A stretch of 58,155 nucleotides of DNA from Deferrisomatales bacterium (GTDB taxonomy: Bacteria > Desulfobacterota > Deferrisomatia > Deferrisomatales > JACRMM01), in assembly GCA_033551855.1 (NCBI GenBank), contig JAWSUI010000021.1, positions 1-58,155 of the forward strand, given 5' to 3'. Below the pieces are notes generated by a model. That model had not been told where the DNA came from, searched no databases, and saw nothing but the letters and a program-made list of their open reading frames with translations. The position numbers and the translations under genes were made by a program. Position 1 is the first letter of the stretch, and every line of letters starts with the position of its first letter. This document shows, piece by piece, positions 37,360 through 46,586 of the stretch.

Positions 37360-38373
37360 CTACTTTCCGCTGTGCTCCTCGACCTTAGCGAGCACGAAGT
37401 CGAAGAAGTCCGCCCCGATGATGGGGCGGTACTTCTCGTAGATGGGGGTCATGGCCTGCCGGAAGGCGGCCCGCTCCTCGGACGTGAGCTCCACCACCTG
37501 GATGTCGTTCTTCCGGTTGTACTCCTCGATCGAGATCTCGATGTTCGGCAGCTTCTCGAACTGCTCCGCGGTCACGCGGCGGTTGGTCTCGATGGTTTCC
37601 CGGGCGGCCTGGCGGAACACCTGCTGCACGTCCGGGGGCAGGCGGTTCCAGTAGTCGGCGTTCACCACGATGACGCACTCGGTCAGGGCGTGATTGGTGA
37701 GGGTGACGTGCTTGGCCACCTCGGGAAACTTCATCAGGATGGAGGTGTAGTGGGGGTTGTCCTGGGCATCGATCACCCCCTGCTGCAGGGCCGTGTAGAT
37801 CTCGGGAAAAGGCATCGGCACGGGCACGGCCCCGAGCTGACGGAAGCTGTCGAGGAAGATGGGGGCCTCCATGAGCCGCAGCTTCAGGCCGGTCAGGTCC
37901 TCGGGCTTGCGGATCGGCCGCTTGGTGTTGCTCAGGTGGCGGAACTCGTTCTCCGTGTACCCGATGGCGATGAGCCCCTTGGCCGGGAAGTACCCGAAAA
38001 ACTTCTCCTGGAAGGCGGGGTCGTCGAGCACGGCGTAGGCCGTGCGGCGATCGGGCCACAGGAAGGGGAGGTCGAGGGCCGAGGCTTGGGGCACGAAGTT
38101 CGAGAGCACCGCCGTGGTGATGGAGGCGACCTCGAGGGTTCCCATCTGGACCTGCTCGGCCATGGAGCGCTCGCCGCCGAGCTGGCCGAGGGGGAACACC
38201 TGAACGGTGTAGGCTCCCTTCGTCTGTTCGGAAACCACCTCCGCGAAGCGCAGGAGGCCCTGGTGCTGGCCGTGGAAGGGCGGGGCCACGTGGCCGAGCT
38301 TGAGGGTGTTGGCCGCCGGTGCTGCCGAGGCGGCGGCGAGGAGCACGATCACGGCTGCGGCAAGGCGCTTCAT
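37360..38373 (-). CDS. dctP: TRAP substrate-binding protein
   Basis: Signal peptide; FPLGQLGGE; ENEFRH; DLTGLKLR; EIYTALQQGVIDAQDNP. Confidence 0.93.
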   Translation of the reverse strand: MKRLAAAVIVLLAAASAAPAANTLKLGHVAPPFHGQHQGLLRFAEVVSEQTKGAYTVQVFPLGQLGGERSMAEQVQMGTLEVASITTAVLSNFVPQASALDLPFLWPDRRTAYAVLDDPAFQEKFFGYFPAKGLIAIGYTENEFRHLSNTKRPIRKPEDLTGLKLRLMEAPIFLDSFRQLGAVPVPMPFPEIYTALQQGVIDAQDNPHYTSILMKFPEVAKHVTLTNHALTECVIVVNADYWNRLPPDVQQVFRQAARETIETNRRVTAEQFEKLPNIEISIEEYNRKNDIQVVELTSEERAAFRQAMTPIYEKYRPIIGADFFDFVLAKVEEHSGK

Positions 38374-38516
38374 GGATCCCTCCTTTTCTGGTGCGGGAAC
38401 AGTGAGGAGAAGGATAGAGCAAAGAGCCGGAAAAGGGAACAACCCGGACGCGCTTCGATCCGCCGACGGGCACGTGCCCGGAGTCGGGGAGGGAGCCCGT
38501 CGTTTCCGAAAGCCCG

Positions 38517-40550
38517 TCAGGGGGTGTCCAGGATCCAGTGGAGCACCCGGCCCGGGCCGTGGACCCCGGTGGAGAGCGTTCCCTCGATGTCGCCCGTGCG
38601 GCTGGGGCCGGTCACGAGTTGGAGGCGCGAGGGCAGGCCGGCGGTTCTCGCCAGGTACTCATCGAGTCCGGGCAGGCACCCGCCCGGAGGGCTCACGGCG
38701 AGGTGGACCGGCGGGAGGAGGGAGGCCAGGGTCCCCCGGCCGGGACCTGCGCGGAACACGAGGGAGCCCGTGTCGGCGAGGTAGGCGTCGCAGGGGGTGA
38801 TCCCCAAGCCCGCCCCGTCCAGGGCCTTCCGGTCCCAGGCCCAGCCGCCCTCTGCCGGGGCGGGCCGCACGATGGGGCACCCCGCCCGCCGCAGCGTCTC
38901 CTCGAGTACCTCCCAGAGCCCCGGGGGCCACCCCTCGGCAGGACAGGCGGTGACGGGATCGTGCAGCGCGGCCAGGAGCCCGGCCAGACGAGCCGTCCAC
39001 GAGCCCGCCGGCACGCGCGCCACCTCGACCCCTGCGGCGCGCGCCTGCCGTATGTACCGGTCGAGGGGCGGGTCCGCCCCTGGGTCGCGCGGCGCGCAGG
39101 ACCTCGGGGCCTCGCCTCCCCCGATACCGCCCCCTGGAGGGGAAACCGGGGAGGCGCCGGGGCGGTCGGGGGCGTCACCCCGCGCCGCCCACCACTCGCG
39201 AAAGCCCGCTCCCGGTCTCGGCCTCGGCAGCTCCCGGCAGGTGGACCACTCCCGCACCCCGCTGAGCCTGCGGCCGGGGCCGAGGCGGCCGGAGCGCAGG
39301 AGCCGTCGAGCCACGGCCAACGCGGGCCGATAGAGCGCCGGGCTGGCCGCCGCACGCGCCAGGGCGCGGGACGCGGTAGACGGGGATCCGCCGCGGAGCC
39401 TGCGGTGATACTCGGGCAGGGGAATGCGGACCGGGCAGACCTCGGCGCACCGGCCGCACAGGGTGCAGGCCTGGGGGAGGTCCGGGTACGCCTCGGGCCC
39501 CCAGAGCAGGGGAGAGAGCACCGAGCCCATGGGCCCCGGGTAGGGGGAGGCGTAGGCGTGACCGCCCACGGCCCGGTACACCGGGCAGTGGTTCAGGCAG
39601 GTGCCGCAGCGCAGGCAGTGGAGCATCTCGCGGAACGGTCCGCCGGCCAGTCTCGTGCGGCCGTTGTCGAGGAGGATCACGTGGAGCGCGTCGGGGCCCT
39701 CCTCCTCACCGGGCCGCCGCGGGCCGGTCAGCAGGGCGACGTAGGTCGAGACGGTCTGGCCGGAGGCGGATCGGGTGAGCAGGGTGAGAAAGCCGGGGAG
39801 GTCCGACGGGTCCGGGACGATCTTGTCGATCCCCACCACCGCGATCTGGGTCCGGGGCAGCGTGGTGGCTAGACGGCCGTTGCCCTCGTTGGTCACAAGC
39901 ACCAGCGTGCCGGTGCTCGCCACGGCGAAGTTTCCGCCCGTGATCCCGAGGTCTGCGCGGAGGAACCGCTCCCGCAGGGTCCGGCGGGCCCAGGCGATGA
40001 GCCCGTCCACGTCGGCGCCCGGGGGCGCCCCCAGCTCTCGGGTGAAGAGCTCCGCCACCTGCTCCCGGCTCCGGTGGATGGCGGGAGCCAGGATGTGGGA
40101 CGGCTTCTCCCCGGCGAGCTGAATGATGAACTCTCCGAGGTCCGTCTCGGTGACGCGGGTGCCGGCAGCCTCCAGGGCTTCGTTGAGCGCGACCTCCTCG
40201 GCCGTCATGGACTTGGCCTTCACGGCCTCGCGGAGGCCGGTTTCCCGGGCGATGTCTGCCGCGATCTTCGCGGCGTCTCGAGCGTCCGTGGCGAAGTGGA
40301 CGGAGGCCCCGGCCACCCGGGCGTTCCGGGAGAATTCCCGGACGTGCGCGTCCAGGGCCCCGGCGACCAGGGCCTTGCGCTCCCGCCCCCAGGCGCGCAG
40401 GGCCTCGAAGCCCGGGCAGGCGGCGACCGCCGCCGCCCGGCGCTCCTCGAGCAGGCCCGCGGTCTTGCGGATGGCTGCGCCGAGTGCCTCATCGGCCAGG
40501 GCCATCCGGGAGGCCTGCCGGAAAGGGCCCGGGCTGCGGCGCCGGCTCAC
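38517..40550 (-). CDS. lutB: LutB/LldF lactate-utilisation Fe-S protein fused to a LutC/LUD domain
   Basis: VKAKSMTAEE, ETDLGEFIIQL, PSHILAPAIH, VTNEGNG, CLRCGTCLNHCPVY, CTLCGRCAEVCP; C-terminal ADTGS...SLLPPVH...TGPSRTGDIE...GVHGP. GTG start overlaps the lutA stop. Confidence 0.88.
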   Translation of the reverse strand: MSRRRSPGPFRQASRMALADEALGAAIRKTAGLLEERRAAAVAACPGFEALRAWGRERKALVAGALDAHVREFSRNARVAGASVHFATDARDAAKIAADIARETGLREAVKAKSMTAEEVALNEALEAAGTRVTETDLGEFIIQLAGEKPSHILAPAIHRSREQVAELFTRELGAPPGADVDGLIAWARRTLRERFLRADLGITGGNFAVASTGTLVLVTNEGNGRLATTLPRTQIAVVGIDKIVPDPSDLPGFLTLLTRSASGQTVSTYVALLTGPRRPGEEEGPDALHVILLDNGRTRLAGGPFREMLHCLRCGTCLNHCPVYRAVGGHAYASPYPGPMGSVLSPLLWGPEAYPDLPQACTLCGRCAEVCPVRIPLPEYHRRLRGGSPSTASRALARAAASPALYRPALAVARRLLRSGRLGPGRRLSGVREWSTCRELPRPRPGAGFREWWAARGDAPDRPGASPVSPPGGGIGGGEAPRSCAPRDPGADPPLDRYIRQARAAGVEVARVPAGSWTARLAGLLAALHDPVTACPAEGWPPGLWEVLEETLRRAGCPIVRPAPAEGGWAWDRKALDGAGLGITPCDAYLADTGSLVFRAGPGRGTLASLLPPVHLAVSPPGGCLPGLDEYLARTAGLPSRLQLVTGPSRTGDIEGTLSTGVHGPGRVLHWILDTP

Positions 40551-41299
40551 GGCGCCCCCTCCTCGAGTGCCTCGGCCACGAGCTCGACCACGTGGGCGAA
40601 CCCCAGCGCCAGACCGCGTCGGGCCGCCCCACCGGCGAGGTGGGTGAGGCATCCCAGGTCCAGGGACGTCACCCTCTCGGCGCCGGTCGAGACCAAGGCC
40701 CGAAGTTTCTCTTCCATGAGCCGGCCCGAGATCTCGGGGAGCTTCACGCTGAAGGTTCCGCCGAAGCCGCAGCAAGCCTGGGCCTGGTGGGGAGGGAGGG
40801 GACGGAACGCCTCGCCCGCGAGACAGCGCAGCCATGCCTCGGGTACATCGCGAAATCCCAGGCCCCGCAGTGTGCGGCAGCTCGAGTGGTAGGTCACGGC
40901 CGGTGGCCGCGGCAGCCTGGGCAGCTGGGTGACGCCGACGACCCGGTGCAGGTACTCGCAGACCTCGAACGTGCGGCCGCCCAGGTCACGGAAGCGCGCG
41001 GCGAGGCCGGGATCGTCCTCGAACAGGACCGGAAAGGTGTTTCGGATGGTATCAACACAGGAGGCGCTTGGAGCCACTACGGCATGGGATTCCGCAAAAA
41101 TATCCAAAAAATGGAGGGCCGGCCCCTTAGCCGCCTCGGGTTGGCCGGCGTTGGCCCAGGCCTGGCCGCAGCAGGTCTGGCCGCTCGGGAAGTCCACCGC
41201 GACCCCGAAGGCCTCCAGGGCCCGCACCGCCGCCCTCCCTGCCTCCGGATACAGGAGGTCGGCGGAGCAGGTCAGGAAGAGGGAGGCGCGCCGGCTCAC
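40547..41299 (-). CDS. lutA: LutA/LldE CCG-domain Fe-S protein
   Basis: LFLTC, QTCCGQ, PSASC, YHSSC, CCGFGGTFSVK, DLGCL. Confidence 0.9.
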   Translation of the reverse strand: MSRRASLFLTCSADLLYPEAGRAAVRALEAFGVAVDFPSGQTCCGQAWANAGQPEAAKGPALHFLDIFAESHAVVAPSASCVDTIRNTFPVLFEDDPGLAARFRDLGGRTFEVCEYLHRVVGVTQLPRLPRPPAVTYHSSCRTLRGLGFRDVPEAWLRCLAGEAFRPLPPHQAQACCGFGGTFSVKLPEISGRLMEEKLRALVSTGAERVTSLDLGCLTHLAGGAARRGLALGFAHVVELVAEALEEGAP

Positions 41300-41619
41300 T
41301 TCGGCGGCCGGCGTGGGAAGGAGATCACCTGCCCCGCGTCCCGGGCCGGCGGGGGCTCCGCTTCCTCCACCCCGGGCCGGGGGTCGGAAAGCCGCTCGAT
41401 GCGGATCGCCGTGCCCCCCATGGTGAACGGCGCACCGTCGATCTGCGCGGGCTCCAGGGTCCAGACGAGCTCTTGGAGGGGGACGCTCAGCACCTGGAAG
41501 CGCAGGCGCCGCCAGCCCTTCTTCACGTCGGGAAGGATCTCCTCCACCCGGGCGTAGAAGGCGGGCTTGTCCTGCACGTGCACCAGGACGACGTCGCGGG
41601 GTTGGACCACGGTCTCCAT
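41296..41619 (-). CDS. Conserved-looking hypothetical protein (107 aa)
   Basis: GGAAGGA RBS; DVVLVH...FYARVEEILPDVKKGW...FTMGG; stop overlaps the lutA start. Confidence 0.7.
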   Translation of the reverse strand: METVVQPRDVVLVHVQDKPAFYARVEEILPDVKKGWRRLRFQVLSVPLQELVWTLEPAQIDGAPFTMGGTAIRIERLSDPRPGVEEAEPPPARDAGQVISFPRRPPK

Positions 41620-41765
41620 GGGATGTCCTTCCTCCTGGCCCGGCTGCGGCTCGAGCGGGTCATCCGCTGCGAAGGTGTCGGCCCCAGTGGGGCGGGCTGC
41701 GCCCCGCTCGGTCGACACCCCCTGGTTTCCGCTGCCCCGGGAAGCCGGCGCCTCCCGTCTCCCCA

Positions 41766-42242
41766 TCAGGGGGCGGTGGGAACGGACGGGGTACCGAGCC
41801 TTGCGAGTGCTGCGTTGGTGTAGCGCGGGTCCTCGGTGACCTCCGGACCGGCCCAGGGGGGCGGCTCGGGCGCCTCGTCCGCCGCCCCGAGCTCCACCTC
41901 CACGAGGACGAGGCCGTCGAGGGGGGGAAGGTACACGTCCACCTCCCAGGTTCGCCCGCCATGGGGAAGCTCGTGGCGCGTCTTGCGGATCACCGCGGTC
42001 CCTTCCACCCGCAGCTCCGCCAGGGCCCGGGCGGCCGGGACCGGGATCTCGAGCTCCACCTCCCGGCGGGCCACGAGGCCCGGCCCCTTGACCGTGAGGA
42101 ACGCCCGCTCCCCCTGGAGGCGGACCCGGACCACGGGGTCGAAGCCCAGGTAGGACTGCTCCATGGGGGTACCGGGGGGAAGGGGGGGGAGGGCGCCGGG
42201 GTCGGCCAGGTAGCGGCGCTCGATCTCCAGGGTGTCTCTCAC
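41766..42242 (-). CDS. CYTH domain protein (triphosphate tunnel metalloenzyme)
   Basis: EIERRYL, VRVR, LTVKG, IRKTR, WEVDVY, LVEVEL, EVTEDPRYTN. Confidence 0.88.
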   Translation of the reverse strand: MRDTLEIERRYLADPGALPPLPPGTPMEQSYLGFDPVVRVRLQGERAFLTVKGPGLVARREVELEIPVPAARALAELRVEGTAVIRKTRHELPHGGRTWEVDVYLPPLDGLVLVEVELGAADEAPEPPPWAGPEVTEDPRYTNAALARLGTPSVPTAP

Positions 42243-43123
42243 GGGTTGGGCCCTCTCCCCGCCGGGTCCCGGGCGGTCTCGGTTGAAGTCGAAGGGGGCC
42301 GCTCGCCGTGCCGCCGGGTGGCATAGCAGTACAGGCACCCATGGGTGCAGGTGTCGTAGGCGCCGATGTCGACCGACGGCGCGCACCGGCAGCCGGCACG
42401 CTGCCCCGGGTCCCTCCGGCTGCCGACCCCGAGATCCCACAGCCTGTCCAGGAGGGGGCCGTCGATACAGCTCCCGGGCGGGACGTCCGCCGGAAGCTCC
42501 GCCTCGCAGCAGGCTTGGAGTGGGATCCCGCCCCCCCGGGCCTCCTCCGCCAGGGCCGAGAGAAGGGAGGCGGCGTCCGCAGCCGGAGCCGGCGCGAGGC
42601 CCGCTGCCGCGAGGCGGCGACGGGCCTTGGGATAGTCGTCGTACAGGCTCACGATACACCGACCGGCCGCGCCCTCCAAGAGCGCCGCGAGGCGGCGGAA
42701 GTTCCCGAGGTGCCACCGGACGTCCATCCCCAGGGAAGGACACAGGAGGACGGGGTCGTACCGCCAGGCGATGCGCGCGGACCCCACCAGGGAGCCCAGC
42801 AGGCGAAGGGCCGCCGCGGCCTCCTCGGGCGGGGGGGACCGGGGTTCGAGGGGGCGGGGGTAGCCCGTGAGGGTCACGAGCCAGAGGGTCCGGAGCCCTG
42901 CCGCCTCCCAGCGAGGGACCTCCTCGAGGAGCGGCGCCGGGTTCCGGGTCCAGAGGACGAGGGCCTCCAGGGAGCCCGCCGGCGCAGGAACCAGGTCCAC
43001 CCGCCGCACCCGGGAAGGAGCGAAAGGGTGGCGCACCTCCGCGAAGCCCGCCGCGAGGCGGTCCAGCAGCCAGCCGGCGTGCACCGCGGGCAGATCGGTG
43101 CGCCGGCTCGCCGAGACGATCAC
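42239..43123 (-). CDS. DUF1848 domain protein
   Basis: IVSASRRTDLPA, WRYDP, C-terminal CRCAPSVDIGAYDTCTHGCLYCYA. Confidence 0.88.
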   Translation of the reverse strand: MIVSASRRTDLPAVHAGWLLDRLAAGFAEVRHPFAPSRVRRVDLVPAPAGSLEALVLWTRNPAPLLEEVPRWEAAGLRTLWLVTLTGYPRPLEPRSPPPEEAAAALRLLGSLVGSARIAWRYDPVLLCPSLGMDVRWHLGNFRRLAALLEGAAGRCIVSLYDDYPKARRRLAAAGLAPAPAADAASLLSALAEEARGGGIPLQACCEAELPADVPPGSCIDGPLLDRLWDLGVGSRRDPGQRAGCRCAPSVDIGAYDTCTHGCLYCYATRRHGERPPSTSTETARDPAGRGPNP

Positions 43124-43689
43124 TCGGCGCGCTCCGCCAGCAGGAGCAGACCCACCGCGTTCACCGCGAAGTGGGCAGAGATGGCGGCCAGCAGGCCTCC
43201 GGTAGCCAAGGTGATCCACCCCAGGGCCAGCCCGGCCCCTGCGGCCCAGAGGGACCAGGGCCACAGCCCCTGGCGCGGAATCAGATGGGCCGCCCCGAAG
43301 GCCAGGGATGAGGCCAGGAGGCCCGCGTAGGGCAACAGGAGGCCCCGGAACAAGATCTCCTCGGCCAGGGCGCTGAGCCCCGCCAGGAGCAGGGCGTCTG
43401 CCGGGTGGAGCGATCCGACGATCCGTGAGAGGATGCGCGACAGGCGCCGGCCCCAGGCGGTCCACCGGATGATGCCCTGCCCGGCGGCCGCAAGCGCTCC
43501 CCCCAGGGCCAGGCCCCAGAGGAGGCCCTGGAGCGGTTCCCGGCCGAGGAGGAGGGCGCCGGCGTGGGCCGCCCCGAAGGTCTCCAGGGGGGTCTCCAGG
43601 TGCGGCAGCACGGCCAGGGCCAGCACCGTCGTGCCGGCGTAGGCGAAGGCTGCGGCCGTCAGGGGAGACGGCCGGGGCGGAGTCTCCAA
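43120..43689 (-). CDS. CPBP (CAAX/Abi) intramembrane metalloprotease
   Basis: AEEILFRG, FGAAH, AHFAVN motifs; hydrophobic. Start uncertain. Confidence 0.85.
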   Translation of the reverse strand: METPPRPSPLTAAAFAYAGTTVLALAVLPHLETPLETFGAAHAGALLLGREPLQGLLWGLALGGALAAAGQGIIRWTAWGRRLSRILSRIVGSLHPADALLLAGLSALAEEILFRGLLLPYAGLLASSLAFGAAHLIPRQGLWPWSLWAAGAGLALGWITLATGGLLAAISAHFAVNAVGLLLLAERAE

Positions 43690-43983
43690 ACGGGTCTTCC
43701 TGGGAGAGAGGGGAGGGGCCGAGGTGGCGAATCTACAACCCGACGGGACCGGGGGGCAAGCAGCAGAGCCGCACCCGATCCGGCCGCCGGCAACGGCGCG
43801 GGGACCGGGAGCCCCCGCGCTCCTCCCCCCCATCCGCGGCCCTTGGAAGGCGCACCCTCGCAAGGGCCGTCACGCCGAGCTGCAGCCGTTCCCAGCCCGC
43901 CGGGCGGGTCGGGCGATGCCGGGCGGGGCTCTGCTCCGGGACTCCCGGCCACGTTATGGGGGTGGCGCCGGAGCCGGGCTGCC

Positions 43984-44430
43984 GTGAAGTGGACCGGCGG
44001 GTTCCTGGGGAGAGGGGCGGAGAGTCTCGGGAGGCGGCTGGTGAGGCGCTTGAGGAGCCGACCCAGGCCCCGCCGGGGGTGCCTGTCCTGCGGGATCTGC
44101 TGCGAGCTGTACGGGCACGACCTGCGAGCCGACCAGGAGGACTTGGAGCGGTGGGCTGCCGAGGGGCGTTCGGACCTCCTCCTGCGGGTGGGGGAGGGCG
44201 GCGTGCTCTGGTGCGAGCCCGGAAGCGGCCGGCGTCTGCCCGGCTGCCCCTTCCTCGTCCCCTCGCCGGAGGGGAGGGTTCTGTGCGGTATCCACTCGAC
44301 GAAGCCGGCCGTCTGTCGGGACTACCCGACCCGTGCCCACCGTTTCCGCTGTGTCCGGGGCATGCCGTTCCCGGGGGGCGGGCCGGGGGGCCCGGACGGG
44401 GGTCGGGCGGGCCCGGCGGCCGAGCCCTGA
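43984..44430 (+). CDS. YkgJ family cysteine-cluster protein
   Basis: CLSCGICC...CPFL...CGIHSTKPAVCRDYP. Confidence 0.8.
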   Translation: MKWTGGFLGRGAESLGRRLVRRLRSRPRPRRGCLSCGICCELYGHDLRADQEDLERWAAEGRSDLLLRVGEGGVLWCEPGSGRRLPGCPFLVPSPEGRVLCGIHSTKPAVCRDYPTRAHRFRCVRGMPFPGGGPGGPDGGRAGPAAEP

Positions 44431-44461
44431 CCAGGGCGCCAACGTACCCGGAGGAGAACCC

Positions 44462-44947
44462 ATGGAACGCCTCCCCTCGTTTCGCTCTTGCTACTTCTGC
44501 GGCACCGAGAACCGGAGCGGCCTCGGAATCCGGTATTTCCGCGACGGGGGGAAGGACCGGGTCTGGGGTTCGGTGGATCCGGGGTCCATGCTGTGCGGGT
44601 ACCCGGGCATCCTCCACGGCGGGATCCAGGCGGCGCTCCTGGACGACGTGATCTACTGGGCCGTGGCCTACCGCTTCGCCCTCACCTCGGTGACCGTGAG
44701 CCTGAACACCCGGTTCCGGGCCCCGGCGCGGCTGGGCCGGGCGTTCCGCCTGGAGGCCTGGGTGGCTGTTGCCCGGGGGCGGAAGGTCACCGCCCGGGGC
44801 GAGTTGCGCGACGCGAAGGGAGGCGTCGTGGCGGAAGGGGAGGGGGTCTACCTCCTCCACCCCACCGAGGTGTTTCGGGAGCAGATGCTCCCGTACTTCG
44901 ACTTCTCGGGGTGCTCGGAGGCCATGCGGGCGCGGTTCGGGGGGTGA
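44462..44947 (+). CDS. PaaI-family hotdog thioesterase
   Basis: CYFCGTEN..GL, GYPGILHGGIQAALLDD; GGAGGAG RBS. Confidence 0.87.
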   Translation: MERLPSFRSCYFCGTENRSGLGIRYFRDGGKDRVWGSVDPGSMLCGYPGILHGGIQAALLDDVIYWAVAYRFALTSVTVSLNTRFRAPARLGRAFRLEAWVAVARGRKVTARGELRDAKGGVVAEGEGVYLLHPTEVFREQMLPYFDFSGCSEAMRARFGG

Positions 44948-44969
44948 GGGCAGGGCCGGCGCCGGAGGC

Positions 44970-45542
44970 TCAGGCCAGCTCTCGGTACCGGAAGCACCCG
45001 GTCAGGTGATCGTTGACCAGGCCCACCGCCTGCATGAAGGCGTAGCAGATCGTGGGGCCGACGAACCGGAACCCCCGCCGCCGGAGGTCGCGGCTCAGGG
45101 CCCGGGACTCCTCGGTCTGGACCGGTACGTCCCGGAGGTCCGCCCAGCGGTTCCGGATCGGTTGGCCCCCCACGAACCCCCACAGGTAGGCGTCGAAGCT
45201 GCCGTGCTCCTCCTGCACTCGGAGGAATGCCCGGGCGTTGGCCACCGCCGCCGCGACCTTGAGGCGGTTCCGCACGATGCCGGGGTCGGCCAGGAGGGCG
45301 GCCACCTTCTCCGGCCCGTAGGCCGCGACGCGGGAAGGGTCGAAGCGGTCGAAGGCCTCGCGGTAACGGGAACGCTTCTTCAGGATGGTCTCCCAGCTCA
45401 GCCCTGCCTGGGCTCCCTCGAGGACCAGGAACTCGAACAGGGTGCGGTCGTCGTGGACGGGGACGCCCCACTCGCCGTCGTGGTAGGCGGTGGACAGGGG
45501 CGTAGCCGCCCAGGGGCAGCGGGGGGGTGGGGAGGAGGTCAG
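44970..45542 (-). CDS. tag: DNA-3-methyladenine glycosylase I
   Basis: RCPW, YHDGEWG, LEGAQAGLSWETILKKR, GIVRNRLKV, FVGPTICYAFMQAVGLVNDH..C. Start codon appears to be CTG. Confidence 0.93.
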   Translation of the reverse strand: MTSSPPPRCPWAATPLSTAYHDGEWGVPVHDDRTLFEFLVLEGAQAGLSWETILKKRSRYREAFDRFDPSRVAAYGPEKVAALLADPGIVRNRLKVAAAVANARAFLRVQEEHGSFDAYLWGFVGGQPIRNRWADLRDVPVQTEESRALSRDLRRRGFRFVGPTICYAFMQAVGLVNDHLTGCFRYRELA

Positions 45543-45615
45543 GTCTCGTTCTCCCGGCTGGGAGGGTCTGGGGCGACGGGTGCCGATGATAGCCCGGCCC
45601 GAGGAGAAGGGGGAA

Positions 45616-46049
45616 GGGGTGGCCGGGGCCGGGGGGTCCCTGCGCTCCGCCGCGCGATCCGCGATCATTCGAGGAGAGGGCACCATTGGGGGGCGCCGGT
45701 GCGCCGGGCTTGCTTGCGGACGCGGGTTGCGATGGTTCGGTGGAGGCGGCGCACGGCTGTGCTCCGAGACCCCCCGACCCCGGCTCGGGGTGAGGCGGTG
45801 GTTTCGGGGGGGTGGCCGGGGCCGGGGGGTCCCTGCGCTCCGCCGCGCGATCCGCGATCATTCGAGGAGAGGGCACCATTGGGGGGCGCCGGTGCGCCGG
45901 GCTTGCTTGCGGACGCGGGTTGCGATGGTTCGGTGGAGGCGGCGCACGGCTGTGCTCCGAGACCCCCCGACCCCGGCTCGGGGTGAGGCGGTGGTTTCGG
46001 GGGGGTGGCCGGGGCCGGGGGGTCCCTGCGCTCCGCCGCGCGATCCGCG
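45616..46049. repeat. 2.25 tandem copies of a 193-bp unit with internal inverted repeats (MITE/REPIN-like)
   Basis: Apparently identical units with a 193-bp period (matching base at 45620, 45813, 46006). GCCGGGGCCGGGGGGTC (45622-45638) versus GACCCCCCGACCCCGGC (45768-45784) form a 17-bp IR with 1 mismatch. Confidence 0.9.
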
Positions 46050-46129
46050 GTGACCCGCAGCGGCAAGTCTTGGGGTATTCTTTCGGAGGCGTCCACGCGA
46101 CAGGCTGCGCGGGGGGAGGAGGCGGAGCG

Positions 46130-46582
46130 GTGAAGGCGGCGGAGGGGAGGATGGGGAGGGTCTTCGTCCTGCGGCTCGAGGACGGGGACCGGGTCCCGGA
46201 GTGCATCGAGGAGTTCGCCAAGGGCAGGGGGGTCGCCCGGGGCCTGTGCGCCCTGGTGGGCGGGATCGGTGGGGGACGGGTCGTGGTGGGCCCCCGGGAG
46301 GCCGACGCGTCGCCCGTGGTGCCGCTGGTCCACGAGCTCCTGGGCGTCCACGAGGCCGCCGCGGTGGGGACCCTGTTCCCCGACGAACAGGGGGTGCCGC
46401 GACTGCACATGCACGCGGCACTGGGGCGCGACGGGCTCACCCGGACCGGGTGCGTGCGCCAGGGCGTCGATGTCTGGAAGCTCGGGGAGGTGGTCCTCCT
46501 GGAGCTCCTCGGGACGGACGCCTGCCGGCGCCGGGACCCGGTCACCGGCTTCGAGGTCCTGGAGGTCTCCCCCCTCCCTTGA
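46130..46582 (+). CDS. PPC/DUF296 domain protein
   Basis: GRVFVLRLEDGD, GTLFPDE, LHMHAALGR...TGC. Confidence 0.85.
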   Translation: MKAAEGRMGRVFVLRLEDGDRVPECIEEFAKGRGVARGLCALVGGIGGGRVVVGPREADASPVVPLVHELLGVHEAAAVGTLFPDEQGVPRLHMHAALGRDGLTRTGCVRQGVDVWKLGEVVLLELLGTDACRRRDPVTGFEVLEVSPLP

Positions 46583-46586
46583 GGGG

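Noticed and set aside
45616..46049. CRISPR array
   Set aside because: The intervening segments are identical and ~145 bp long, and there are no cas genes in the window.
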